Shown: in pieces, positions 49,075-62,059 of the stretch | Layout: every line of letters starts with the position of its first letter | Position numbering within the stretch: the stretch's first letter is position 1 | Assembly: GCF_006345805.1 (NCBI RefSeq) | Contig: NC_043014.1 | Coordinates: forward strand, 39,928,001 to 39,992,000 | Source: Octopus sinensis | Taxonomy: Eukaryota | Length of the DNA: 64,000 nucleotides | Reading direction: 5' to 3' | The notes under the pieces: generated by a model | The model's database searches: none | The model's input: the letters and a program-made list of their open reading frames with translations, nothing else | What the model was told of the DNA's origin: nothing | Translations under genes and position numbers: made by a program

Positions 49075-49615
49075 TTGAACATTGCAGTTGAAGCCCATCT
49101 AATGAATCTCGTTCGTACTATCCTCCTCTATGGTTGCGAAACATGGCCTATAAGTGTAGTCAATCAGCGAAGGCTGGAGGTGTTTGACAATCACTGTCTC
49201 CGGTGCCAACACATTGATCGGGTTCCTACAGCCGGTCTTCAGCATTGCCTGAATCTCCAGCTCCTCCCTTCGGTGCTTCTACAATGGCGCTTAAGGTGGT
49301 TCGGTCATGCAGCCCAGCATCCAGAGGGTGAGCTAAAAACGCGATGTCCTCCTCCCACCTCCCCTTCCCAGCTGGCGCAAATGCACGGGCCGGCAGCTGA
49401 AGACCTGGGCAACGACAATAAAGGAGGACCTCTCCGAACTCTCAGGTCCACAGGTGGTCGGTCTGTGCAGATGGAACCGCAAATGGCTCGCTATCTCCAG
49501 TGACCTCGCACGGGACCGTTGAGCGTGGGCCGCCATGGTTCGTGATGCCGTCAGGACCAGAGAAGAAGCCAGCTCAACCTGACCAGGGTGAACGCCGTCA
49601 TTAGTACAAGTAAGT
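49075..49615 (+). mobile_element. RTE LINE 3' fragment
   Basis: RTILLYGCETW..RRLEVFDNHCLR..RLRWFGH; short CAAGTA tail. Confidence 0.8.
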
Positions 49616-50846
49616 ATCTAATGAATCTGTGTTTCACTACCTCCACTGTCTCATCCCATAAATCTTGTAATAAAGCCTTCAACGAAAAATTATAATCAGT
49701 CACAGTTCCTTCTTGTCTATACTTTCTCTATATAGATATTGACCAACAAAATTTATGCTGAGCATCAACTGCATTCACCCAATCAGTTTGGAAAGAACTG
49801 CAAAGGCTATGGGTATTATCCCTCCTTTTATTATTTTTTCTTTATATTTATCATCATTTCCATGATTTAGCATGTTTTCCATGCTGGCATTGGTTTGACA
49901 ATTTGACTGGAACTCGTAAACCAGAGATCTGTACCAACGCCTTACTTCCCTGGGCATGGATATATTGAAACTCCCACGACTGGCAGCTGACTTGGCAGAC
50001 ACCCATAAAATTATTAACCATCTTACAAACAATAACTCTGAGCACCTTTTCAAACTTCACCTGTCTAACACTCGTGGACATGTTTACAAAATCAGAAAAC
50101 TGCACAGCTCCCATGACTTTCGGAAACATTTTTTCACGCTAAGAGTTGCTGTAGTATGGAACAAACTGCTGGCATCAGTTGTTAGTTGTCGGAGCACTGC
50201 ATCCTTCAAAACTTCCATGCTTCCTGAGATTCGCCAACACTATACCTGATTTTCTCCCCTCCATACACATGCAAGCATGTATCTGACTCATACACTGTTC
50301 ATTTTCCAGACATTTGTACATTACTGCATATGCTTTATACACACTTTTGACAAGTTGTGGTGCACCTGAGCACTGTATACAATAATTTCATTATTTATTT
50401 ATTTATAAATTCCAGTCTGATTTGGCTTGGTTTCTATGGCTGGATACCTTTCCTAATGCCAACCACTCCAAGAGTGTAATAGGTTCCTTTTACATGTCAC
50501 CAGCACAGGTGCCTTTTATGCATCGTTTTAAAAGTATTTTCCAGTATATGAAAGATTTATAACGATTACACAAAGATGAAACATAATTCTAATAAATATA
50601 CAAAATTATTCAATATTTATTTTCATAGAAATATTTTTAGAACAGTATTTTACAGCAGGAATTTAATTTGTTTCATTGTTTGAATAATCTGAAATTCAGG
50701 CATTCAAACACCATATTATCATCACCATCATCATTTATATCATTAATATTAAAATTCATTCCATGAAGTAGAATTTTGTTGTATTTACAATGGTATCATC
50801 AAGAAATTTTATTTCATTAATAATATTAAGGAGTCTTTGTGCCTCT

Positions 50847-50929
50847 TCAGAATCGAGTCAATTTCAGAGGAAAATTTGCTGTGACCATATAGTCATCTTG
50901 GAATACGACAACTATATTGATTTCAAACT
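50847..50929 (-). CDS. VPS26C: VPS26C last coding exon with stop
   Basis: cttttgcag|AG TTT...TTC TGA, 83 nt, EFEINIVVVFQDDYMVTANFPLKLTRF* (cf. EFEVNIVVLLHPDHLITENFPLKL); phase matches preceding exon. Confidence 0.95.
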
Positions 50930-51025
50930 CTGCAAAAGAAAAGGAAGAAAAAAAAAAGTAACATTGTCAATTATATTTATAAGCAGGTTATATTTTATTT
51001 GTTTATATTTAGAAATTATCTCTCA

Positions 51026-51422
51026 TCTTTATATATAAAAGTCAAGTTGTGTGTCTGTCTCCTACGATTTAGATTCCTAACTACTCCCACATTTTGCAGT
51101 GCAGTTTAACCAAAACCGGGTATCTTATAGTCATGATTTATATCGAGCCCTTCTGGGTATTAGCGCGCGTCTACGATGAGTCTACGATTTAAAAAAAAAT
51201 TTACCATAATTTTTTTCCATTTTAATGCATTTTTCGCTATTAGATAAGGGAAGTAACTCTCTAAAAATGTCTACGACGAGTCAACAATTTAAAAAAAAAT
51301 TTACCATAATTTTTTTTCCATTTTCAGTGCATTTTTTTGCTATTTTTTGGCTATAACTCTCTAAAAATGCTTATATAGTTATTTCCCTTACAAACCCGAG
51401 CAACGCCGGGCGATACTGCTAG
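51026..51422 (+). mobile_element. Non-autonomous Helitron (downstream of VPS26C penultimate exon, in last intron)
   Basis: A|TC ... CCCGAGCAACGCCGGGCGATACTGCTAG|T; internal tandem duplication. Confidence 0.85.
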
Positions 51423-52924
51423 TTTAAGATAAAACAATTATTTAAGTAGATATTGACACCATTAAAAAAACAAAACAAAAACACTGAATATCTATAGAAA
51501 TCATTTCATTTTAACTTCATCAAAGCTGACCAAAATCATTACTTCAGTTGTTGAGTACAAATATATGTACACTTTATTTCTCTGGTAATTTTTAATTCTA
51601 ATAGATTTTTTGCTTGGAGTATTAAAAAGTTAACTAGATATAATTATGGGATTAAAGATCAAGCAACATTAAGTCAAGGACTAATATATTTTAATTTTCT
51701 AGAAGCATGAAAGACAAATTAGATATTTCAGCCTTATCATAACCTCATTAGCAAAGCACTGTCTTCACTATACATGCTGATGTAGTACTGACTCAATCAC
51801 TAAATAACTTTACAAGATTGGTTGACACCAAAAGGGAAATTGTTTTGAAAATAAGATGTCAGGGAAGCCATTTGCATTAAAAACAGGGTTGAGTTAAGAG
51901 TTAACATATTTATTGCAGGGAGAATTAAAAAGGTTACTAAAAATAATGGTAAAATCATTTTATAGTAAGATTAAATGTTTATGTGCATACCCTGTTTGCG
52001 AAGACCTGTCGAAGCATGTGAAATCGAAATCAAATTCGATGACTGGCATCCATGCTAGTGGAGCGCTAAGAGCACCATCCAAACGTGATCATTACCAGAG
52101 TGGCTAACCGACTTCCGTGCCAGTGGCACGTAAAAAGCACCATTTGAGCGCGATTGTTACCAGTGTTGCCTCACAGGTACTTGTGCCGGTGGCACGTAAA
52201 AAAAAACATTCGAGTGAGATCGTTGCCAATGCCGCTGGACTGGCTCCTATGCAGGTGGCACGTAAAAAACACCATTTGAGTGTGGCCATTGCCAGTACCA
52301 CCTGACTGGCCCTCGTGCCGGTGGCATGTAAAAGCACCCACTACACTCTCGGAGTGGTTGGCGTTAGGAAGGGCATCCAGCTGTAGAAACTCTGCCAGAT
52401 CAAGATTGGAGCCTGGTGCAGCCATCTGGTTCGCCAGCCCTCAATCAAAATCGTCCAACCCATGCTAGCATGGAAAGTGGACGTTAAACGATGACAATGA
52501 TGATGATGATGTGCATGTGTGTGTGTATGAAATTTTAGCCATATAAGAAGCACTGGCACTGGTGCCAAGTAGAAAGCATTCAGTACACTCTGTAAAGTGG
52601 TTGGTGTTAGAAGAGTCATCCAGCCATAAAAACCATGCCAGAACAAGCAATGGAGCCTGATGCAGCTCCCAGGTCCTGTCAAACCGTCCAACCCATAACA
52701 ACACGGAAAACGGATGTTAAATGATGATGCTGAAGCAGCGTATTTGTGTTCTAGATCTTTGACAAGATGGGCTTCATCTGCAGATTCATTGCGAATGGCA
52801 TCAGATATATGAAGATGTGTTCAATTTTTTGCCACAAATTCCAACATATAAGAGACATGGTGTTATAAGTCAGTGCAATGGTTGTGATGTTTAAAGAACT
52901 GGACTAGACATCACATTGCTATGA

Positions 52925-53435
52925 ACTTCAAGAGAATACCCTCCATCAGGCAATTGCCATATTCTGAACGCCTTACTTCCCTGGGCATGGATACATTGAA
53001 GCTCCGACATCTGGCAGCTGACTTGGCAGACACCCATAAAATTATTAACCATCTTACAAACAATAACTCTGAGCACCTTTTCAAACTCCACCCATCTAAC
53101 ACCCGTGGACATGTTTACAAAGTCAGAAAACAGCACAGCTCCCATGACTTTCGGAAACATTTTTTTCACGCTAAGAGTTGCTGAAGCATGGAACAAACTG
53201 CTGGCATCAGTTGTTAGTTGTTGGAGTACTGCATCCTTCAAAACTTCCATGCTTCCTGAGATTCACCAACACTACACCTCATTTTCTCCCCTCCATACAC
53301 ACGCAAGCATGTATCTGACTCATACAGTGTTCGCTTTCCAGACATTTGTACATTACTGCATATGCTTTATATGCACTTTTGACAAGTTGTGGTGCACCTG
53401 AACAATGAATACAATAATTTCATTATTATTATTTT
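52925..53435 (+). mobile_element. CR1/L2-type LINE 3' fragment; further copies at 49940-50400 and 56685-57040
   Basis: YSERLTSLGMDTLKLR..TRGHVYKVRK..RKHFF..RV..WNKL; ends in (ATT)n. Confidence 0.8.
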
Positions 53436-55008
53436 TCAAACCATACTACAATAACCAATGCAATACGTCGCTAAGTAAGGTACATAACTCTTCCTGCTGA
53501 TATTATATTTTCACTCTTTAGCATTCAAATAATTCTCTCAAATGTAATACTTGTTCATTCATATATTTTTGAATTGATCATGCATTATCACATAGCTTTG
53601 AGATTTCAGTGATATGATTGTGTGGTTTTAGAATGGTATTGTAGGATAAGTGTTATATGTCAGATCTAGCTAACTTGAACTTAAAACAAGTAAGTATAAT
53701 ATTTGGCCTAAATATAAGGTGGCGATCTGGCAGAAACGGCACACTGGGCGAAATGCTTAGCGGTATTTTGTCTGCCGTTACGTTCTGAGTTCAAATTCCG
53801 CCGAGGTCGACTTTGCCTTTCATCCTTTGAGGGTCGATAAATTAAGTACCAGTTACGCACTGGAGTCAATGTAATCGACTTAATTCGTTTGTCCCCTCTA
53901 TGTTTAGCCCCTTGTGGGTAATAAAGAAACAAAAATATTTGGCCCAGATATCTTTACTCTTTTTACTCTTTTACTTGTTTCAGTCATTTGACTGTGGCCA
54001 TGCTGGAGCACCACCTTTAGTCGAGCAAATCGACCCCAGAACATACGCTTTGTAAGTCTAGTACTTATTCTATTAGTCTTTTTGCTGAACTGCTAAGTTG
54101 CGGGGACGTAAACACACCAGCATTGGTTGTCAAGCGATGTTGGGGGGGGGGGGCAAACACAGACACATATATACGAAGGGCTTCTTTCAGTTTCCGTCAA
54201 CTAAATCCACTCACAAGGCTTTGGTTGGCCCAAGGTTATAGGAGAAGACACTTGCCCAAGGTGTCACACATTGGGACTGAACCCGGAACCATGTTGTTGG
54301 TAAGCAAGTTACTTACCACACAGCCACTCCTACGCCTATTGTGGCCAATTTAAATGCTAAAGGGTTAAAGTGTTTATCACAGGTTTCTAATAAGACAAAC
54401 TGTTTTTTTCTTTGGACTGGTTCATATGTCTGGATACCTGTACGGGGACTACTGCATTCATCATCATCATCATCCTCGTTTAGCGTCTGCTTTCCATGCT
54501 AGCAGGGGTTGGACGGTTCAACTGGGGTCTGGGAAGCCAGAAGGCTGCACCAGGCCCAGTCTGATCTGGCAATGTTTCTACGGCTGGATGCCCTTCCTAA
54601 CGCCAACCACTCCATGAATGTAGTGGGTGCTTTTTACGTGCCACCAACACAGGTGCCAGACAAGGCTGGCAACGGCCACGATCGGATGGTGCTTTTTACG
54701 TGCCACCGGCACGGCGGCCAGGCGAGGCTGGCAATGGCCACAATCGGATGGTGATTTTTACGTGCCACTGGCACGGAGGCCAGTCGGGGCGAAGCTGGCA
54801 ACGGCCATGTTCGGATGGTTCTCTTACGTGCCCCCGGCACTGGTATCACAACTACAATTTCCATTGATGTTGATCAATTTCGATTTTGATTCTAATTGTT
54901 TGTTTTTATTAAGTAATCATACTTTGATATTACATTTAACTCCAATTAATCATATCATTATTAATCTCATTGTAGTTCTTGATATAACAAAAGGAGAGAA
55001 CAGCTCAC

Positions 55009-55134
55009 CTATTTTGAAATTATTAGTTGCTAATGTGGGACAGGTAAAGAGTCGTGGGAAGACCATATAAATGGGGATTGACAGGTTCCGGCAAACATCA
55101 CCTTCTGCCAGTTGGATGTTCTGTATTTCAGTTG
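55009..55134 (-). CDS. VPS26C: VPS26C coding exon
   Basis: ttctaacag|CA ACT...ATA G|gtgagc, 126 nt, ATEIQNIQLAEGDVCRNLSIPIYMVFPRLFTCPTLATNNFKI. Confidence 0.96.
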
Positions 55135-55218
55135 CTGTTAGAAAAAGAGAAAAAAAGAAGAAAAAGAAAAAAAGGATAAGTTTGATGTACATCCCACAGA
55201 AAATTCTGTAATATAACC

Positions 55219-55657
55219 AAAAGAAATATTTGAAACAAAAGAACTGTACAAATTTAAAGGAATTTTTTTTTCTCTGTGTATAGTATCATATTTGATGACA
55301 TAAAAGACGCACAGACATATTAAATGTACCCAATTTCAGGAGTGCATATTCAAGAAAAAACGTAAACAAAAGAAATATTTGAAATGAAAGAACTGAAAAA
55401 ATTTAAAGGAATTTTTTCTCTCTGTGTATAGTATCATATTTGATGACATAAAAGACGCACAGACATATTAAATGTACCCAATTTCAGGAGTGCATATTCA
55501 AGAAAAAACGTAAACAAAAGAAATATTTGAAATGAAAGAACTGAAAAAATTTAAAGGAATTTTTTCTCTCTGTGTATAGTATCATATTTGATGACATAAA
55601 AGACGCACAGACATATTAAACGCACCCAATTTCAGGAGTGCATATTCAAGAAAAAAA
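55219..55657. repeat. Tandem repeat, ~148-bp unit x3 (VPS26C intron)
   Basis: AAGAAATATTTGAAA recurs at 55221, 55370 and 55518. Confidence 0.92.
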
Positions 55658-56306
55658 TTCTTTTGTGCATAAATGTATGTAATATAGATCCAACTTCACA
55701 TGTAGGATGTGGGGTAATTTTTTTGAGATGCAGCACGAAGTTTTGTCAGTGAACAGGTCGCGGTCTCAAAGCGACGAAAATATTTTGACAAATTAAATTT
55801 AAATGTTGAAGTGAATCTAACAGTTTTGTGTGTTTCTTAAATGGCTTATAAACACCTTCCATGCTGCAATTGTTTTCATTCCAGCACACGTTCTCAGATC
55901 AAGTCACTTGCTATGCAAGTATATCTCCGTAATTTTTTGAGATGCTTTTTTGAAAAACAAAGCATGTCACATGTGCAATCAAATACAGTATTTGTATGTT
56001 TTCTGTGTCTCATTTTTATAACCTAAAAAAAAAAAAAAAAAATTACATTGCTATGTAACTATTATATGTACATGTATTTCTATGACATTTTGTCTTTTGG
56101 GTGCTTCATAGAACCCAGGATAAGTCTCAGGCAGGTTGGGATCAAAAAGATTAAAATCATTTTATGACTATAAAGAAAATTAAAAATAAACATTCATTGG
56201 GGTTGATTTGCTTGACTAAAGGCAGTGCTCCAGCATGGCCACAGTCAAATGACTGAAACAAGTAAAAGAGTAAAAGAGGGTAAATACATATGCTGCATCT
56301 GGGGTA

Positions 56307-56346
<40 letters not shown>

Positions 56347-57074
56347 AAAAGCACCATCTGTACGTGGCCAATGCCAGCGCCACCTTGACTGGCTTCCGTG
56401 CTGGTGGCACGTAAAAAGCACCAACCTTTCGTGTCCGTAGACAGCCTCCCCTGGCACCTGTGCCGGTGGCACGTAAAAAACACCCACTACACTCACAGAG
56501 TGGTTGGTGTTAGAAAGGGCATCCAGCTGTAGAAACACTGCCAGATCAGACTGGAGCCTGGTGCAGCCTCCTGGCTTCCCAGATCCCGGTCGAACCGTCC
56601 AACCCATGCTAGCATGGAAAACGGACGTTAAACGATGATGATGATTATAAGCTAATAAACTTTTAAGTAGCAAGCACCTCTTCAAACTCTACTATAACTC
56701 TGAGCACCTCTTCAAACTCCACCCATCTAACACCCGTGGACATATTTACAAAGTAAGAAAACAGCACAGCTCCCATGACTTCAGGAAACATTTTTTCATG
56801 CTGAGAGTTGCTGAAGCGTGGAACAAACTGCCGACATCGGTTGTTAGTTGTCGGAGCACAGCTTCCTTCAAGACTTCCATGCTTCCTGAGATTCGCCAAC
56901 ACTACACTTGATTTTCTCCCCTCCATACACCCAGACATTTCTACACTACTGCATGTACTTTATATGCACTTTCTGACAAGTTGTGGTGCACCTGAGCACT
57001 GTATACAATAATTTCATTATTATTATTATTATTATTATTTAATGTTACAAAATATTACAAAAATCACAACCAAC

Positions 57075-57171
57075 CTTCATTAGCATAACCTTCAGCACAG
57101 CCACATGTTTCAACACGGACAAGCTGGATTTCAATTGATTTGATAGCTGTTTCACAAAAGTCCACAACCAA
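57075..57171 (-). CDS. VPS26C: VPS26C coding exon
   Basis: cttttcag|TTG...GAA G|gttggt, 97 nt, LVVDFCETAIKSIEIQLVRVETCGCAEGYANE; conserved QLVRVETCGCAEGY motif. Confidence 0.95.
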
Positions 57172-57996
57172 CTGAAAAGAGTTTAAAATTATAAGTCTGA
57201 ATATATCCATTCATCTTGTACAACAGTTTGTCACATATAACATAGTTTTAACTACCTTTTTGTATACAACTGAGCAAGGACTCAGCTGGTCTTAAAGAAA
57301 TATTTAGAGGACCTCAATTGTTAGTTGCTTACCTAAAAAAATCAGAAATATGAAAGGGACCTCTACTGAAACATTAAAAAAAATAATACGCAGGAGTGGC
57401 TGTGTGGTAGGTAGCCTGCTTACCAACCACACGGTTCCAGGTTCAGTCCCACTGCGTGGTACCTTGGGAAAGTGTCTTCTACTACAGCCTCGGGCCGACC
57501 AAAGCCTTGTGAGTGGATTTGGTAGACGGAAACTGAAAGAAGCCCGTCGTATATATATATGTATATATATGTATGTGTGTGTTTGTGTGTCTGTGTTTGT
57601 CCCTCCAACATCACTTGACAACCGATGCTGGTATGTTTACATCCCCGTTACTTAGCGGTTCGGCAAAAGAGACCGATAGAATAAGTACTAGGCTTACAAA
57701 GAATAAGACCTGGGGTCGATTTGCTCGACTAAAAGGCGTTGTTCCAGCATGGCCGCAGTCAAATGACTGAAACAAGTAAAAAGAAAAAGAATTATGATTG
57801 GGTAGTGAATTTCTTAACTAGAGAACCATGCCAAAGCCTATTATTTTGGTACTTGGGGAATGCAAAAGATTTGCTGACAAACACATTTAGATATGTTTTA
57901 TTACATAAAAATTAGTCAATTCATGAATTCTCCCTTCTTTCTCAAAATGTTTCATGGATTTGATACTGCAAATGCTAAAATAGAACATCCACTCAC

Positions 57997-58077
57997 CTCT
58001 CCTGTCAAAGGTTTGGTAATGCTTAAATTTAAGGAATCAATCATACCGGTCACTTTGAAATCAGGTATATTCTTATC
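57997..58077 (-). CDS. VPS26C: VPS26C coding exon
   Basis: ctgtacag|GAT...GAG|gtgagt, 81 nt, DKNIPDFKVTGMIDSLNLSITKPLTGE (cf. LPKFLLRGHLNSTNCVITQPLTGE). Confidence 0.92.
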
Positions 58078-58182
58078 CTGTACAGAAATAAAACGTTAAA
58101 GAATTAATACTGAAATATTAACAGAAACGAGCAAGGAGAAAAAAAAACAAAAACAAAACAAGAGATTTAGCAATTTACATAC

Positions 58183-58260
58183 ATTTCCTTTCATGTTAGT
58201 TAGAGTGTCTGGGCTAATTGTGACAGGTTGAGATTTTGGTACAGCACGTTCTTCATCATT
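58183..58260 (-). CDS. VPS26C: VPS26C coding exon
   Basis: tatttcag|AAT...AAT|gtatgt, 78 nt, NDEERAVPKSQPVTISPDTLTNMKGN (cf. PVDFTITPETLQNVK). Confidence 0.88.
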
Positions 58261-59130
58261 CTGAAATAGATAAAAAGTTTGTGCATTACATACGTGTGAA
58301 GTAAACAACATCATCATCATCGTCGTTTAACGTCCGCTTTCCATGCTAGCATGGGTTGGACGGTTCAACTGGGGTCTGGGAAGCCAGAAGGCCGCACCAG
58401 GCCCAGTCAGATCTGGCAGTGTTTCTACAGCTAGATGCCCTTCCTAACACCAACCACTCCGTGAGTGTAGTGGGTGCTTTTTACGTGCCACCGGCACGGA
58501 GGCCAGGTGATGCGGTGCTGGCTACAGCCATGTTTGGATGGGTCTCCACTGGTATCACAACTACAAATTCCATTGATGTTGATTGATTTCGATTTTGATT
58601 TCAGAGAAACCATTTGCATTAAAAACAAGGTTAAGTTAAGAGTTAACATATTTATTGCAGGAAGAATTAAAAAGAATTAAATGAAACCTCTTTCATTTTT
58701 ATTATTTGAATAACTACAACAGGCGTGGCTGTGTGGTTGCTTCCCAACAACATGATTCTGGGTTCAGTCCCACTGCATGGCACCTTGGGCAAGTATCTTC
58801 TTACTATAGCATTTGGCCAACCGAAGCTTTGTGAGTAGATTTAGTAGACAGAAACTGAAAGATGCCCATCCCATCAACATCATTGTCGTTTAACGGCCGC
58901 TTTCCATGCTGGCATGGGTTTGATTGAGGACTGGCAAGCTAGGAGGCTGCACCAGGCTCCAATCTGATTTGGCAAGGTTTCTACAGCTAGATGCCCTTCC
59001 TAATGCCAACCACTCCAAGAATGTAGTGGGTGCTTTTTATGTGCTACTGGCATGGGGGCCAGTCAAGCAGTACTGGCATCAACTACTCTTGAATGGTGCT
59101 TTTTACATGCCACTGGCACGGGAGCTAGTC

Positions 59131-59420
59131 ATATTCACCAGATATTGCTCCTTTGGATTTCCACTTATTCAAGTCTCTGAATAAGTCTTAATGGTAAAAA
59201 TTTCAATTCCTTGGATGACGTAAAAAGATACCTTGATGAATTCTTTGCCATGAAACCACCTCAATTCTGGGAAGAGGGTATTTTCAAGTTAAAGGAAAGA
59301 TGGAGACGCATTGTACAACGAAATGGTTCATATTTAGTTGATTAAAAATGCAATGGCAAGTATTTATTGACCTTTTTCTTTCCTTTAAAAATCGGCACAA
59401 ACTTTCCGGACAACCCAATA
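59131..59420 (+). mobile_element. Mariner 3' fragment with right TIR
   Basis: YSPDIAPLDFHLFKSL...FWEEGIFKLKERWRRIVQRNGSY; ends AACTTTCCGGACAACCCAA|TA. Confidence 0.85.
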
Positions 59421-60587
59421 CTATAAAATGTTGTGCTTTAGACATAAAAATTATAAGAGAATTAAAATTTCTCAACATTATAATGAAGTTGATGAAGTTA
59501 AAATGATTACAAGACAAATTAGGTTTGCAGTTGGTGAGAAAAATCACAGCAGGCCAAAATAGAAAGCAGTAACTCAAGATGCCATGCAGTGGGACCGAAC
59601 CTAGAATGTAGTTGCATAATAGACTTATTTCTTAATCCCACAGCTAAGCCTGTGCCTGCGTATCGAAGGAAATTGAGATTTAGATAAGATCAAATCAATT
59701 TAGGTCAAGCAGATTTCATTATATATTGTTGAAAGTGGACTGTCCTTAGGACGTGTAATTAAATTCCCAAGACAATAAATTCAAAAATAAAAACCAAGGT
59801 CAATCCTTTCTATAACGAGTAATCGTTACATAATTACCAAATTAAACTGTTAGCTGTAAAATTAAGTTTGCTGATAAGGATACCATATTTTCTGGCATTC
59901 ATGCCATATTTTCCAGACCAAAACTTACAGCCAAAAAAGTAAGTCGGTTTATACACCAAGACAACTTTGAAGGACCAAAAGTTCCAATTGAAGTGCATTT
60001 GGAAAGATAGGGATGATGTTTGAGTGTTTACATGGTACAATTATACTATTTACTATGCCGACTTGTATGCTGGAATATATGGTAATAATCGATTTGAATA
60101 ATAGTTTTAAACTGTTTCCTGAAGGAAAATCCCATTTATAAGATACCAGTGCCGGGGGCACGTAAGAGAACCATACGAACGTGGCCATTGCCAGTGCCGC
60201 CCCGACTGGCCTCTGTGCTAGTGGCACGTAAAAAGCACCATCCGATCGTGGCCGTTGCCAGACTCGCCTGGCCTCCGTGCCGGTGGCACGTAAAAAGCAC
60301 CATCTGATCGTGGCCGTTTGCCAGCCTCGCCTGGCCTCCATGCTGGTGGCACGTAAAAAGCGCCCACTACACTCACGGAGTGGTTGGCGTTAAGAAGGGC
60401 ATCCAGCCGTAGAAACATTGCCAGATCAGACTGGGCCTGGTGCGGCCTTCTGGCTTCCAAGACCCCAGTTGAACCGTCCAACCCATGCTAGCATGGAAAG
60501 CAGACGCTAAACGATGATGATGATGAAGATATGATTATGAAAAAGATTTCAAAATTGTTCTTAACCTTTGCAAAAAATATGACTTAC

Positions 60588-60668
60588 TTTATATTCAATA
60601 ATAAATTCACAGATCTTCTGAATATCTTTATTCAATAATGACCGCTTCAGCTCTGCTTTGATAATATA
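60588..60668 (-). CDS. VPS26C: VPS26C coding exon
   Basis: tttgtag|TAT...AAA|gtaagt, 81 nt, YIIKAELKRSLLNKDIQKICEFIIEYK (cf. YTLRCDMKRSLLAKDLTKTCEFIV). Confidence 0.93.
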
Positions 60669-60795
60669 CTACAAATAAAATAATAATTAAAAACAATTAT
60701 AATGAAGCAAAAGAACTCATTATTATTTACTGTTTTTTTATATATTATGATGCAAAAGAAATTAGTTCAATCAAATATCTTTTCCTTAGAGAAAG

Positions 60796-61082
60796 GCGCA
60801 TGGCTCAGTGGTTAGAGCATCGAGCTTACGATCATGAGGTTGTGAGTTTGAATCCTGGACCAGGCTGCATGTTGTGTTCTTGTGCAAGACACTTTATTTC
60901 GTCACAGATGCCAAGCTGTATCGGCCTTTACCTTTCCCTTGGATAACACTGGTGACGTGGAGAGGGGAGGCCGGTATGCATGGGCGACTGCTGGTCTTCC
61001 ATAAACAACCTTGCCTGGGCTTGTACCTCAGTGGGGAACTTTCTAGGTGCAATCCCATGGTCAGTCATGACCGAAGGGGTGT
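60796..61082 (+). mobile_element. tRNA-headed SINE (sibling 37628-37972 on minus strand)
   Basis: GGCGCATGGCTCAGTGGTTAGAGC..GAGTTTGAATCC head followed by a non-tRNA body. Confidence 0.75.
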
Positions 61083-61515
61083 CTCTCAGTATAATTGCAA
61101 TTATTTCTCACTTGGAAACTTGCATTCTATCACCAATACCTCATTCTCATCACCTGTTGGATGTTAGCAACAGATTCCTAGATGTTCCTGGCTGACAGTC
61201 ATAAGTGCTAATATCACAACTCCTTCAGCTGTCTTAATTGCTGTCCTAACTTTTCCTATTATGAGTTACTCAACAACTTCCTGTCATAGACCAAAGACAT
61301 TTTAAGTTATCAAGCTTGGTGACTTCAAAGTCATATCTCACCTTTACTTTCTTACTCCACCTATACAAATTTGACTGGTTTAACCCTTTAGCTGCGAAGC
61401 TAACTTTCATGGTTATTCAACTAACGATATTAAATATCTACCAAAAGCTAGAATTGGCATTTTCTGCAAGTCATGCCTCAATAAACTTGACATATCTCAA
61501 CAAAATGTGATTTAA

Positions 61516-61736
61516 CCCTTTAGCTTTTAAACCGGCCATATCCGGCCAAAAGTATTCTGCCTGTTTTATGGTCAAACTGGCCATATCTGGTCTCTCATGC
61601 TAACCCTACAATATCGTTTTAAAACTTAACAGCTGCCTTATCAAAATCTCATAGCTACAAGGTAATGCATGATTAATTCAAAACAATGTGGATGAAGAAG
61701 CATTAATTTTGGTAGAATAATGTGAACACTAAAGGG
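61516..61736. mobile_element. piggyBac-like MITE (TTAA TSD)
   Basis: TTAA|CCCTTTAG ... CTAAAGGG|TTAA; related pieces at ~21090-21400, 44015-44780 (SINE-interrupted) and ~54350. Confidence 0.75.
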
Positions 61737-61934
61737 TTAAAGTCAAGTTGAGTAGTTATAAAAACCCTGGATTTTTGGAAAAACTTTAGTGTTTGTTGGA
61801 TGTAACTGAACTCCACGACACTCACTCCTTTGAGACATTGATGATTTTCATGCCATGTCCAAAGAAAATCACAACACTATAATACCTTGTTATGTATGGT
61901 ATTAGGGATACTTGTTATACAGGGTAGCATAATT

Positions 61935-62045
61935 ATACATGAACTTTTACAGTGCATTTCAATACATGAACTTTTACAGTGCATTTCAATACATGAACTT
62001 TTACAGTGCATTTCAATACATGAACTTTTACAGTGCATTTCAATA
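61935..62045. repeat. Minisatellite, 27-bp unit x4
   Basis: ATACATGAACTTTTACAGTGCATTTCA repeated exactly four times. Confidence 0.95.
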
Positions 62046-62059
62046 GCGGTGTAACTTAC

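Noticed and set aside
60796-60870. tRNA gene (also heads at ~27810-27882 and 37900-37972)
   Set aside because: A and B boxes are present but there is no complete cloverleaf or acceptor stem, and each runs into a SINE body.
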